64,000 nucleotides of DNA from Nostoc sp. DedSLP01 (GCA_034530875.2 JAVRCJ020000019.1:64001-128000); one strand, 5' to 3'; numbered from the stretch's first letter, positions 10,474-20,846 are shown. The notes: generated by a model not told the origin, from the letters alone. Numbers and translations: made by a program.

Positions 10474-11113
10474 ATGTCTGCTACTAAAAAACCTGCTTCA
10501 GTCCATAGCCGAATTATCGTACCTCAGCGGTCACAGGCAACCTGTAATTTCGCGGCTGGTGTCTCGCTATGATTTAACGGTCAATATCAAAGCTGCATCC
10601 TTGGCGTTAGAGAGTAACAGCGATGGCTGGTTTGATTTAGAACTTGCAGGAAATCCCCAAAAGTTGACAAATAGCTTATCTTACTTGCAAGGATTGGGAG
10701 TAAATCTTGTACAAATAGCGATCGCTAACCAAATTCAACCAAGCGAACACTCCCTACCATTCTTAGATACAGATTATCAACTCAGCCCTCAAGACTCTAC
10801 ACGGCTAAAAAAATATCGATGGCAAGAACAATTTCAGCAATGGATTTCTCTAGGTCAGACCAATCGATTACGCTTGCAAGTGTGCATCTTGAAAAGCTAC
10901 TACGAAGAACCAGTAATTTCCCAGTTAGTTTCTGGTTATGGACTAACTGTCAATATCACCAGCGCCAAACTCAAACCCGATAGCGAAGATGACGGCTGGT
11001 TTGACTTGGATTTATGGGGTAGAACAAAGCAACTTTATTCTAGCCTGAGTTATTTAGAAAAACTCGGACTACCGATTTGGTTGGATTTGTCTGGCGTTTA
11101 TAGCGATCGATAA
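10474..11113 (+). pseudogene. Tandem NIL-domain protein, apparently frameshifted near 10531
   Basis: Two NIL-like repeats (QPVISRLVSRYDLTVNI...GWFDLEL; EPVISQLVSGYGLTVNI...GWFDLDL). ATG 10474 (preceded by gagg) gives MSATKKPASVHSRIIVPQR but is out of frame with HRQPVIS. Confidence 0.65.
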
Positions 11114-11137
11114 TCAAAATTTCTGATTTGCGAAAGC

Positions 11138-11728
11138 CTAAATTTCGTAGTACCAGATATCTTCTTCTTTTAGCACAATTCGATGCAGGGAAAGGCGATC
11201 GATTAAGCCCTCTTGCTCAAACTGACCAAGAACGCGAGTGATGGTTACACGAGTTGAACCTAGCATTTCCGCCAAATCTTCATGAGTTAGACGCATATCT
11301 ATTAAACGTCCTTTCTCAACTTCTGAACCAAATTTTTTAGATAACCATGCCAACAGCTTGATGAGCATCGTATCGACTTTTTTATGACTGCGAATCACCA
11401 TCAATTCTTGAGCCTGTTGGATATGGCTAAGTAGAGTTTCTGTGAGTTGAGTGCATTCCTCTAAAGCTAAGACTGTCGCCCCCACTTTAGTTAAGCATTC
11501 CATCTGATAAGGTTCTAATTTTGACAAAGCTTTCCCCACGATATCTCCAGGCCCCCACAATCCCAGAGCCACAGTTGTACCATCTTCCAGGTAAGTGGAA
11601 GTTCTCACAAAACCCGTTTCAATCTTCCACAGACCGTTTGCATACTCCGGTAAAAATGAACGACGTGCAAAAACTTGTCTAGTACTATTACTTGGCAAAG
11701 TAGTGATATTTGTGTACAGAGATACCAT
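11138..11728 (-). CDS. cysR: Crp/Fnr family regulator of sulfur assimilation (CysR-like)
   Basis: LTHEDLAEMLGSTRVTITR HTH, LGLWGPGD, and position next to cysE/cysK. Confidence 0.75.
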   Translation of the reverse strand: MVSLYTNITTLPSNSTRQVFARRSFLPEYANGLWKIETGFVRTSTYLEDGTTVALGLWGPGDIVGKALSKLEPYQMECLTKVGATVLALEECTQLTETLLSHIQQAQELMVIRSHKKVDTMLIKLLAWLSKKFGSEVEKGRLIDMRLTHEDLAEMLGSTRVTITRVLGQFEQEGLIDRLSLHRIVLKEEDIWYYEI

Positions 11729-11972
11729 ACTCTATAAATACTGTTTTTTGATAAGCTAACCGTAGTATATATATATCAGGTTATAAAAGCTTGTGTATAT
11801 TGAAATTAATAATGTCTTTAGAGAATGGGAATAGGGCATGGGGCATAGGAATGGGGAAAGGGAAAAGGGTAAGGGGGAAAGGGGAAAGATTAAATTTATT
11901 CCTTTTTCCTTTTTCCTTTAACCTTTTCCCCTGCCTCCTCATACTCCCCACACCTCCCGATACCCCATGCCC

Positions 11973-12701
11973 TTAAATCCCTGCACCATCGAGAAAATCT
12001 TCAATCATTCCGTCAGTACTGCTCTGAGGTTTGTTTGTTGGTTCGTCGCCAAGCTCAGCGGGGAATAACCTCGCTCGATCTTCATTTAATTCCTCTAACT
12101 GTTTTTCTAGAGCTTTAACTCTTTCAAATAAAGCGCGGATGACTTCGGCTTCTACGTCCCGGACTTTATCGTGGTCTAGAAGATTGCTAGATAAATTGTT
12201 CTGACGAGTCACGCGTCCTGGAATCCCAACAACTGTGGTATTGCTGGGGACATCTCGTAGCACTACTGAACCTGCTCCGATACGAACGCGATCGCCTATT
12301 TGAATATTTCCCAATACTTTGGCACCAGCTCCGACAACTACATGAGAACCTAAAGTTGGATGGCGCTTACCGCTTTCTTTGCCGGTACCACCAAGGGTAA
12401 CACCTTGATAAATCAAGGCATAGTCGCCAACGATCGCTGTCTCCCCAATCACTACTCCCATACCGTGGTCGATAAATACTCCCTTGCCAATTAATGCCCC
12501 AGGATGGATTTCAATACCAGTTAAAAACCTACTAATATGAGAGACAAGGCGAGGTACAAACGGAATACGTAATTTATACAGCCAGTGCGCCAAGCGATGG
12601 AAAAGTAAGGCTTGAAATCCAGGGTAACAAAATACAACTTCGAGCCAGTTACGAGCTGCTGGGTCGCGCTCAAAAATCGTTCGCAAATCAGTTATTAGCA
12701 T
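11973..12701 (-). CDS. cysE: Serine O-acetyltransferase
   Basis: [34 protein letters not shown] hexapeptide repeats. Confidence 0.97.
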   Translation of the reverse strand: MLITDLRTIFERDPAARNWLEVVFCYPGFQALLFHRLAHWLYKLRIPFVPRLVSHISRFLTGIEIHPGALIGKGVFIDHGMGVVIGETAIVGDYALIYQGVTLGGTGKESGKRHPTLGSHVVVGAGAKVLGNIQIGDRVRIGAGSVVLRDVPSNTTVVGIPGRVTRQNNLSSNLLDHDKVRDVEAEVIRALFERVKALEKQLEELNEDRARLFPAELGDEPTNKPQSSTDGMIEDFLDGAGI

Positions 12702-12924
12702 ACTCAGTTAACACATCATCGGTAGGTAAAGCTCCCAAACTGGCTATGCAGATAATTTCTGCAAAAACTAACTTATTTTTGGGAATCTATAGGATAATCT
12801 ACGGTAAGTCGATAGGCTTGTGGTCTTTATTTTGCTAGTAAGTGGGATGCTATCACATCCAAGTACCTAGAAAAAAAAGAATTTCGCATAAAATGCGATA
12901 AATCTGTCAATTCACCGTAGTATA

Positions 12925-13392
12925 TTGAGTAAAGTGTTGAATACCCAAAACTACTCTCTCCTCGATCTGTCTTCCAAAGTGGAATACGCGCTGCTAGCAC
13001 TTTTAGAACTAGCAAGCCACCACGGGAAAAAAGTTCCTTTGACCATGAGTGAGATTACTGCTAAGCAACCCATACCCGAACGCTATCTGGAACAAATTTT
13101 GACCAACCTCCGGCGTGCTGGGGTGGTGCAGAGTCAGCGTGGCTCTAAAGGAGGTTTTGTTTTAGTTCGCGAACCTTGGCAAATTACCTTGTTGGAAATT
13201 GTCACTTTAGTTGAAGGTGAGCGAAAAGAGAAAGATACATCTGGGTCTGTGACTTTGGAAAGGACTCTGGTTTATGAAATCTGGGAGCAGGCCAATGCTG
13301 CTGCTATTGAAGTCTTGGGCCGTCAAACACTCCAAGATTTGTGTCAGGAAAGAGAAATTCGCGCACAACAGAGTCCGATGTATTACATTTAG
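12925..13392 (+). CDS. Rrf2 family transcriptional regulator (CymR-like); start uncertain
   Basis: EYALLALLELA, YLEQIL, SQRGSKGGFVL; ends MYYI. Confidence 0.9.
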   Translation: MSKVLNTQNYSLLDLSSKVEYALLALLELASHHGKKVPLTMSEITAKQPIPERYLEQILTNLRRAGVVQSQRGSKGGFVLVREPWQITLLEIVTLVEGERKEKDTSGSVTLERTLVYEIWEQANAAAIEVLGRQTLQDLCQEREIRAQQSPMYYI

Positions 13393-13601
13393 TCACCGAA
13401 TTTGAAATTTGGAATTTTGGCGTTCATGCAAAACTTAAAATCTAAGAACTTCCCAGAGCAAGCTTGCTTTATTTGTGGAACATAGTTTCATCCCAAATCT
13501 ACAATTCTTTACTCAAGTTCTCACCTCAAAAGTGAGAACGTAGAAGAACCAGCTATGTGAGCGATCTAAAATCCAAAATTGTTTGACAAAGGAGTACTTA
13601 T

Positions 13602-14564
13602 ATGCGGATTGCAAGAGATATCACAGAATTAATCGGACGGACTCCTTTAGTTCAATTAAATAAGATTCCCCAAGCTTCAAGAGCAGTTGCTCAAATTGTG
13701 GTGAAGCTAGAAAGCATGAATCCAGCGTCTTCTGTCAAAGATCGGATTGGCGCAAGTATGGTGGAAGCGGCAGAGGAAACAGGCTTGATTCACCCCGGAA
13801 AAACGGTTTTAGTAGAGCCAACGTCTGGAAATACAGGAATTGCGTTGGCGATGGTAGCAGCCGCCAAGGGTTACCATCTTATTCTAACGATGCCTGACAC
13901 AATGAGCCAAGAAAGGCGAGCTATGCTCAAAGCTTATGGCGCACAATTAGAGCTAACGCCAGGTGTAGAAGGGATGCGAGGGGCGATCGCTCGTGCAGAG
14001 GAAATTGTAGCTAAAACCGCCAATGCTTATATGTTGCAGCAGTTTCGCAACCCTGCTAACCCTAAAATTCACGCCCAAACCACCGCAGAAGAAATTTGGA
14101 ATGATACCGACGGACAAGTGGATATTCTGGTGGCGGGAGTCGGTACCGGTGGGACGATTACGGGAGTAGCCCAAGTCATAAAGGAGCGCAAACCGAGTTT
14201 TCAAGCGATCGCAGTTGAACCAATCAGCAGCCCAGTATTAATCGGTGGTAAACCAGGGCCTCACAAAATTCAAGGTATCGGCCCGGGATTTGTCCCAGCT
14301 ATTTACCGTCCGGAACTGGTAGATGAAGTGATTCAGGTTACAGACGAGCAAGCGATCGCCTACAGTCGTCGCCTAGCAAAAGAAGAAGGATTGTTATCTG
14401 GTATTTCTACTGGTGCTGCTTTGTATGTAGCGATTCAAGTCGCACAGCGTCCAGAAAATGCAGGTAAGCTAATCGTTATGGTACAACCTAGCTTCGGCGA
14501 ACGCTACCTGAGTACTTCACTGTTCAAAGACCCAGAAGAAAATGAATGGTTGAGCAAAGTATAG
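13602..14564 (+). CDS. cysK: Cysteine synthase A
   Basis: SVKDRI (PLP lysine), [22 protein letters not shown]. Confidence 0.97.
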   Translation: MRIARDITELIGRTPLVQLNKIPQASRAVAQIVVKLESMNPASSVKDRIGASMVEAAEETGLIHPGKTVLVEPTSGNTGIALAMVAAAKGYHLILTMPDTMSQERRAMLKAYGAQLELTPGVEGMRGAIARAEEIVAKTANAYMLQQFRNPANPKIHAQTTAEEIWNDTDGQVDILVAGVGTGGTITGVAQVIKERKPSFQAIAVEPISSPVLIGGKPGPHKIQGIGPGFVPAIYRPELVDEVIQVTDEQAIAYSRRLAKEEGLLSGISTGAALYVAIQVAQRPENAGKLIVMVQPSFGERYLSTSLFKDPEENEWLSKV

Positions 14565-14656
14565 CAGGAGGCAGGAGGCAGGAGGTAAAAGTATTACTAT
14601 TCCTAGCATTCAAGCTTTTAACATGTCCTAACATATCTGACTACGGCTATATTTAG

Positions 14657-14792
14657 ATTTTAGGTAATAATTCAGAAGCCAGAATACTTTCATACTCCAA
14701 CTTAACAACTTTAAAATAATCAAGTATTTATATCATGCTTGATTTCTCAATCATTATGGCTGGATTTGGACTTCTGAATTATTACCTAAAAT
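14657..14792. mobile_element. 136-bp MITE-like element with perfect 22-bp TIRs
   Basis: attttaggtaataattcagaag ... cttctgaattattacctaaaat. Confidence 0.75.
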
Positions 14793-14809
14793 TGACTTTT
14801 TCACCTAGT

Positions 14810-15517
14810 TTAATTTTCTTCAATCTCATCCTTAGTTTCGTTATTTTTCAACAAAATTATTAAACAAAAACAACTAGCAGCTAATTTTACCAAACTCAAA
14901 GCTTCACTCTTTAATATAATAAAAGCGCCTAATCCTATAAGCACAAAAGGCACAATATAGCTACCATAGCGAGTTAAGACATCAGCTATAATTTTCTGAT
15001 TAGTTAATTTATATGCTGCGTAACACCAAATTCCTAACAAGAGAAAAAATATTACTATAATGACAACAAAACTTGCTAAATTACTGCTAGCAAATAATGG
15101 CACATAAACGCTAATATTATCGCTACCATTGGCAATTGTCACAGCTGCAACGCTATAAATTTGAGGAGACAGTAAATTAGTAATTGTTGTTTGTTGATAT
15201 TCTTCTGTTTCTTCTAAAGCTTCATCTAATGAATCTTCTTCTGGATTCACTAAACTGCCGATACCTATGGCAATTGGCAGCAAACCAAGTAATCCAATCC
15301 AGTTTTTTGATAAGACTAAGCCACTGAATAAACCAGAAAGACTAAGAATTAACAAAATTGTAAAACCTAAAAATTGCCCAGTAACTATATGTCGGGGACG
15401 AAAAGTAGAATTTATTTGAGAAAAAAATAACAACAGAATAACAATATCATCAATATTAGTGGCAATAAATGTAATCGCGGCTGTACTAATTACAGTAATA
15501 TAGTCGTTCCAGAACAT
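14810..15517 (-). CDS. CadD-family (LysE superfamily) membrane transporter
   Basis: FIATNIDD, GQFLGF, GLLGLLPI, VTIANGSDNISVYVPLF. Confidence 0.88.
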   Translation of the reverse strand: MFWNDYITVISTAAITFIATNIDDIVILLLFFSQINSTFRPRHIVTGQFLGFTILLILSLSGLFSGLVLSKNWIGLLGLLPIAIGIGSLVNPEEDSLDEALEETEEYQQTTITNLLSPQIYSVAAVTIANGSDNISVYVPLFASSNLASFVVIIVIFFLLLGIWCYAAYKLTNQKIIADVLTRYGSYIVPFVLIGLGAFIILKSEALSLVKLAASCFCLIILLKNNETKDEIEEN

Positions 15518-15635
15518 TAACTTGGTATAGTGGTAAATTGTGTGTTATTAGCAAGAAATGGGTTTAGGAGTATAGGGGTGTAAGGGTATAGTGAAAGAGA
15601 ATTATTATCTCTTAACTCTTCCTCCCTTACCTAGC

Positions 15636-16298
15636 ATGAGTAAGCTTGTAACAGCTTTCACTGAAGGAATCATTGCCTTTACGGCCACTAATATTGATGA
15701 CATCATTATCTTATTAGTATTTTTCTCACAAGTAGATATTAATTTTCGGCGGCGGCATATCGTACTCGGACAATATCTCGGTTTTGCAGCCATAATCATC
15801 GCTAGCTTACCAGGGTTTTTTGGTGGCTTGGTAGTACAGCGAGAATGGATAGGACTGCTGGGACTGTTACCAATAGCAATTGGCGTTCAGCATTTAGTGT
15901 CTAAAAAAGAAGAAAGTATAACAGTTCAGACAGTAAGCACTGATTTTAACCAACCTAGACCTACTAACCCAATATTGGCTTTTATTTTAAGCGTTTTACA
16001 CCCTTATACTTATAAAGTTGCAGCAGTAACGATCGCTAATGGTGGTGACAATATTAGTATATATATCCCATTATTTGCTGGTCATGACCTTACAAGCTTG
16101 GGAGTAATTTTGAGCGTATTTTTTATCATGGTAGGGATTTGGTGTGCGATCGCTTATTTATTAAGCCGTCAACCTACCATTGCAAATATTCTAAATCGTT
16201 ATGGCAACGCTCTGGTACCTTTTGTATTAATTGGCTTGGGTGTATTTATTATTTACGAACGAGGTACATTCAGCCTATTGCCGTGGGTGAAAAGGTAA
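15636..16298 (+). CDS. CadD-family membrane transporter (divergent paralog)
   Basis: FTATNIDD, GQYLGF, VTIANGGDNISIYIPLF. Confidence 0.88.
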   Translation: MSKLVTAFTEGIIAFTATNIDDIIILLVFFSQVDINFRRRHIVLGQYLGFAAIIIASLPGFFGGLVVQREWIGLLGLLPIAIGVQHLVSKKEESITVQTVSTDFNQPRPTNPILAFILSVLHPYTYKVAAVTIANGGDNISIYIPLFAGHDLTSLGVILSVFFIMVGIWCAIAYLLSRQPTIANILNRYGNALVPFVLIGLGVFIIYERGTFSLLPWVKR

Positions 16299-16389
16299 TC
16301 AATAGTAGGTTGTGGGGAAGTTGTAGCAAGTCTTTCCCCTATGCTGTGAAACGTTTGCTCCCTATCTTCTTACCAATGCCCCATTCCCT

Positions 16390-17187
16390 TTAAACTTGAT
16401 GAACTAATTTCCAACTTACCATCATCAAGATTGCGTAAATAACAAACCGTAGTGGACGTTGCGGAGCTAGTTGGCAGACTTTAGCACCTAGCAGTACCCC
16501 TGGAACTGAACCTAACCATATAGGTGCCACTAGACTCCAATCAACTGTTCCCAGGCTGAGATGTCCGAATGACGTAAACAATAACAAAATGGCTGCGTGT
16601 GAAATGTCTGTACCTACTAACTTACGTGCATCAAGACGAAAAAATGCAATCAATACTAGGGCAAACATTGAACCCGAGGAGACGCTTGTCAGTCCAACCA
16701 AGCAGCCTAAAACTGCTCCCAAAGCCATTGTTTGAAAACGACCAAAGTTAGTTTGTAAGTCTATTTTTGGTAGTTCGGGTAAATTAAACTTGGGGAAAAA
16801 AGTCAATAGCAACAACTGTATTAACGCTAGTAATGTGACTAGCAGAATCATCATCCCAAGCAAACGAAGCAAAATGCTATCCAGATTATACTCGCCGGTG
16901 TGTTTGATGAGGTGCAAAATTCCCACACCTAACAACGAGCCTGGAACGCTTCCAAATGCAAACCATTTGACAACTTCTGTGTCGAGGGTTTTTTGTTCCC
17001 AATGCTTGACGCTACCGACAATCTTCATCAATGTCGCAGCCACAACATCAGAACTCACAGCAATAGAAGGGGGCACCTGAAAGACAAAAATCAACATTGG
17101 GGTGATGAGGGAGGCTCCCCCAATTCCCGTTAAACCAACAATGATACCAACAAAGAAGCTTAAGAATGGTAGTAATAGATAATGCAT
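16390..17187 (-). CDS. TauE/SafE sulfite exporter family protein
   Basis: GLTGIGGASLITP and VGLTSVSSG...LVGTD internal repeat; highly hydrophobic. Confidence 0.9.
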   Translation of the reverse strand: MHYLLLPFLSFFVGIIVGLTGIGGASLITPMLIFVFQVPPSIAVSSDVVAATLMKIVGSVKHWEQKTLDTEVVKWFAFGSVPGSLLGVGILHLIKHTGEYNLDSILLRLLGMMILLVTLLALIQLLLLTFFPKFNLPELPKIDLQTNFGRFQTMALGAVLGCLVGLTSVSSGSMFALVLIAFFRLDARKLVGTDISHAAILLLFTSFGHLSLGTVDWSLVAPIWLGSVPGVLLGAKVCQLAPQRPLRFVIYAILMMVSWKLVHQV

Positions 17188-17634
17188 ACTTTTTGGGAAT
17201 TTCAACAATTAGCTATCAAGTATCCGCACGATCGCAGTTGTGTTATCAGTGGGGAGACTAAGTTAGGGTTTAAATCCCCAAATGAAGCTTTGATAACTGT
17301 TCATTGTTCAGCTGTTGTTGAATTAATACTTTTGGCTAATCTTTTTGGCATTTTAAACACAAAACACGGTAAACCTACTAACTTTCCGTATTTTAGTCGT
17401 AAAGATGAATAAACGTCTACTGTATTTGGTTTGTATAGTGAATGAGGCATCAAAGAGGCAGTGCGTTGGACGGGTCGGCTTGTAGCAACTGCCGTTATGG
17501 GGCATTGGGAGTGCTGAATTAAGAGTTAGGAGTTAAGAGTTATTCTCCTTGTCTGGTTTGCTCCTGTGCCTCTTATGCCAAGACTCTGCATTGAAAAAAT
17601 GCTTGATTTTTAGTGTTTTTAATGATAAATTAAA

Positions 17635-17649
17635 TAAAACCAATCGGTC
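17635..17649 (+). promoter_or_regulatory. Putative TetR operator (second copy at 18842-18856, reverse orientation)
   Basis: taaaaccaatcggtc upstream of tetR matches the reverse complement of gaccgaatggtttta upstream of the thioesterase at 14/15. Confidence 0.6.
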
Positions 17650-17661
17650 GGAAACGATTGA

Positions 17662-18249
17662 ATGTCTAAAGGTCAAGAAACAAAAAGCAGAATTCTCGAG
17701 CAAGCAGCCGAACTGTTTAACCAACAGGGATATGCAGGCTCATCTTTGTCAGATATCATGCGTGTGACTGGATTGCAGAAAGGAGGAATTTACAATCACT
17801 TTCAAAGCAAGGAAGATTTAGCGCTACAGGCTTTTGAGTTTGCGATCGCCCGCATTCAAGAGCATACTAGATCTGCGTTGCGAAATAAACGTCATGCAGT
17901 TGAACGCCTGCAAGCAATTATTGGAGTTTTTAGCAGTTTTGTAGAAAATCCACCTATTAAGGGGGGATGTCCATTGCTGAATACTGCTGTTGAGAGTGAT
18001 GATACTCATCCAGCATTGCGCGATCGCACTCAAAAAGCAATGAATTCTTGGTTGAATTTGATTCGTCGAATTATTGAAACAGGAATTGCAAAAGGTGAAA
18101 TTCGTCCTGAAGTGAATGCTGATGAAATCGCTACCGTTATGATTGCAAACTTGGAAGGAGCGATAATGATGAGTAAGCTTTATGGAGATTCTATTCACAT
18201 ACACAGGGTAATTAATCATCTGAATCACTACTTAGAAACTCACCTTTAA
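17662..18249 (+). CDS. TetR/AcrR family regulator
   Basis: ILEQAAELF...GY...GLQKGGIYNHFQSKEDL; GGCPLLN. Confidence 0.95.
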   Translation: MSKGQETKSRILEQAAELFNQQGYAGSSLSDIMRVTGLQKGGIYNHFQSKEDLALQAFEFAIARIQEHTRSALRNKRHAVERLQAIIGVFSSFVENPPIKGGCPLLNTAVESDDTHPALRDRTQKAMNSWLNLIRRIIETGIAKGEIRPEVNADEIATVMIANLEGAIMMSKLYGDSIHIHRVINHLNHYLETHL

Positions 18250-18250
18250 A

Positions 18251-18380
18251 TATAGGAATCCGGTTTGATTCTTGAAATTTTTTGCGTAGGTAGGGAGTAG
18301 GGAATGGGGAGTAGGGAGTAGGTAATCTAGCTTTTCGATATGTAGGTCGTTTTTTCACCAAATCAAATATGATCTCTATA
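18251..18380. mobile_element. MITE-like element containing STRR heptamers
   Basis: tataggaatccggtttgatt ... aatcaaatatgatctctata with internal tagggag repeats. Confidence 0.6.
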
Positions 18381-18381
18381 T

Positions 18382-18771
18382 ATGGCACAAATTAAGGTAT
18401 ATGGTTTAGCAGATAAATTAAATCCTATTAAAACTGAGCTATCAAATATTATCCATGCCTGTGTAATTGAGATTTTACAGCTTAACCCGGAGAAGAGATT
18501 TCACCGTTTTTTCCCGCTTGATAAATCAGATTTTTATTATCCACCTGATAGAACAGAAAATTATCTAATAGTTGAAATTAGTATGTTTGAAGGGCGCTCT
18601 GTAGAAACTAAAAAACAGCTAATTCGCCTCTTAATTGAAAATATTCATCAAAAGTTGAATATTTCTGTTGCTGATATTGAAATTACAATTTTTGAAACGC
18701 CTAAATATAATTGGGGAATTAGAGGATTACCTGGTGATGAGTTAATCTTAAATTATAAAGTAGAAATTTGA
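18382..18771 (+). CDS. Tautomerase family protein
   Basis: KRFHRF, EISMFEGRSVETKK, NWGIRG. Confidence 0.85.
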   Translation: MAQIKVYGLADKLNPIKTELSNIIHACVIEILQLNPEKRFHRFFPLDKSDFYYPPDRTENYLIVEISMFEGRSVETKKQLIRLLIENIHQKLNISVADIEITIFETPKYNWGIRGLPGDELILNYKVEI

Positions 18772-18882
18772 ATTTATAGGGATTAACCAAGGTTCTAAAT
18801 TTACAATAATTATCTAAAATAAAAATTTTTACTATTTTACAGACCGAATGGTTTTAAATGCTCAATTAGTTCAGGATAAATC

Positions 18883-19335
18883 ATGCTAGTAGATAATAAC
18901 ATGCACAGACCATTAGAAGTTATATTGGCAATTCCGGTGAGGACTTATGACATTGATTTTGTGGTAATTGTTAGCAATATTGTTTATATCAGATGGCTAG
19001 AGGATTTACGTTTAAAATTTTTAGATGAACATTGGGAACTCAAGCAACAACTTGAGCAAGGATATGCACCTGTTTTAGCTGGAACGGAAATTGAATATAA
19101 ACGTTCGATAAAAATTAGCGATCGCGTAATTGGGCGTTTATGGTTGAGCGATTTAGGTCGCTTAAAGTGGACTGTGAAAGCTGAAATTTTCTCGAATGAT
19201 GAGTTAGCAGCAGTAGCTACACAAAAAGGTACTTTTATTAGTTTGGAAAATCGGCGTCCGATTAGAATTCCAGAAGAATTGGAAAATAAATATTTCCAGT
19301 CTAAAAACTTACTCCTAAATTCTGAATTATGCTGA
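18883..19335 (+). CDS. Acyl-CoA thioesterase (4HBT/FcbC hotdog fold)
   Basis: VRTYDIDF..IVSNIVYIRWLEDLR, EIEYKR, RPIRIP. Confidence 0.85.
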   Translation: MLVDNNMHRPLEVILAIPVRTYDIDFVVIVSNIVYIRWLEDLRLKFLDEHWELKQQLEQGYAPVLAGTEIEYKRSIKISDRVIGRLWLSDLGRLKWTVKAEIFSNDELAAVATQKGTFISLENRRPIRIPEELENKYFQSKNLLLNSELC

Positions 19336-19994
19336 AATTTTACTACAATCCTTTCTCCCCAAATGCTCGCCGCGTGTGGATTACTTTACTAGAAAAAGAA
19401 ATTCCTTTTGAAGGGATTTTAATTAAATTAAATGGCGATCAGTATCAAGAAGACTTTGCAAAAATTAACCCTTTTTATAATGTTCCGGTTCTGGTGGATG
19501 ATGGTTTTCGGCTTGTCGAATCCCTGGCAATTATGGACTATTTAGAAGCGAAATATCCCACACCTGCGATGCTACCTTTTGAACTCCAGGCTTTAGCTAC
19601 AGTAAGGATGGTACAATTAGTTACTGGTAATGAATTATTTCCACAAATCATTTCACTCATTTCTCAAAGTGAAGATTCACCACAAGTTGCACGAGCAAAG
19701 CAGCATATAGATAAAGTACTGCAATTTCTTAGTCAAGCACTTGGCGATCGCTCTTTTTTTGGTAGCGAACAGTTAACTTTAGCAGATATCGTCGCTGGTA
19801 TAGGCGTACATTCATTACCTTATTTAGGTATTAATCTTAGTAATTACACCAAAATATATCAATGGTCTGAGCGTTTGATGCAACGTCCAGCATGGCAGAA
19901 AACTAAATTGAGTGCTGAAGAATTTGAACTATTTAAAGGTAGAGTTAGAACGTTAGTGAGGTTGCGTAAAAATAAAGTCAATGAGAGCAAATAA
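19329..19994 (+). CDS. Glutathione S-transferase
   Basis: SPNARRV, INPF..VPVL, ESLAIMDYL, TLADI. Confidence 0.93.
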   Translation: MLKFYYNPFSPNARRVWITLLEKEIPFEGILIKLNGDQYQEDFAKINPFYNVPVLVDDGFRLVESLAIMDYLEAKYPTPAMLPFELQALATVRMVQLVTGNELFPQIISLISQSEDSPQVARAKQHIDKVLQFLSQALGDRSFFGSEQLTLADIVAGIGVHSLPYLGINLSNYTKIYQWSERLMQRPAWQKTKLSAEEFELFKGRVRTLVRLRKNKVNESK

Positions 19995-20078
19995 CAACTG
20001 ATTTGAGTTGTGAAAAATATTAGTGTTGGCTGTTAACGGTTGACAGTTAACAGCCTGAGCAAATTGTCAAAAATTAAT

Positions 20079-20846
20079 TTACTTAGTCTCAGCCAATATA
20101 CTTTCGACTTCTGATAGCTGTACCACTTGTGAAATTGTTGGGCTACTAATTATGAAAAAAGGTGTCCCAGCAACAGCCAATTTTTCAGCTAGCTGGATAT
20201 CATTTTTAATTGCGGGAGTGGCGAGAGTGCGATCGCGTTTAAATTTAGCCAAATCTAAATTGAGATTTTTAGCAATATCTAAATACAATGCCTCACCCAG
20301 TTGCTTTTGATTAGTAAATAGAGCATCATGATATTCCCAAAATTTACCCTGTTGCTGTGCTGCCCAAGCTGCTGTTGCTGCTGGCAATGCTTGAGCATGA
20401 ATTGAAGCTAGCGGTAAATTCTTGTAAACTAATCTTACCTTGCCTTGATATTTTGCTAACAATTGTTTCAAGGTTTTATGCGCCTCAGCACAGTAAGGAC
20501 ATTGAAAATCTGAAAATTCCACCAAGAGAAATTTTGATTGAGTTGAACCTGTAGTTGGAGAATCACCAATTACTGTTTGAGGATTTGTTTTTAAATCCTG
20601 TAAAAATTCTTGCCGTACTTGGTTAAGTTTCTGTTGTTGTTGCTGCTGATACGCTTGAACAGATTCGATAATTACCTCTGGATGTTCGCGGATAATTTGT
20701 AATACTTGCTGTTCTAGTTGGGGATCGATGCGGGTAGCGGCTTGTGCAGGAAGCGACCAAGTGAGAAGCAAACATAGCATACATATTGTTGCCAAGGTAC
20801 GCAGAGATTGAAGTAATTGGCCAAACTGACTAAAGAATGTAGTCAT
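20079..20846 (-). CDS. DsbA family thioredoxin-fold protein
   Basis: Signal peptide, EFSDFQCPYC, GTP. Confidence 0.92.
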   Translation of the reverse strand: MTTFFSQFGQLLQSLRTLATICMLCLLLTWSLPAQAATRIDPQLEQQVLQIIREHPEVIIESVQAYQQQQQQKLNQVRQEFLQDLKTNPQTVIGDSPTTGSTQSKFLLVEFSDFQCPYCAEAHKTLKQLLAKYQGKVRLVYKNLPLASIHAQALPAATAAWAAQQQGKFWEYHDALFTNQKQLGEALYLDIAKNLNLDLAKFKRDRTLATPAIKNDIQLAEKLAVAGTPFFIISSPTISQVVQLSEVESILAETK

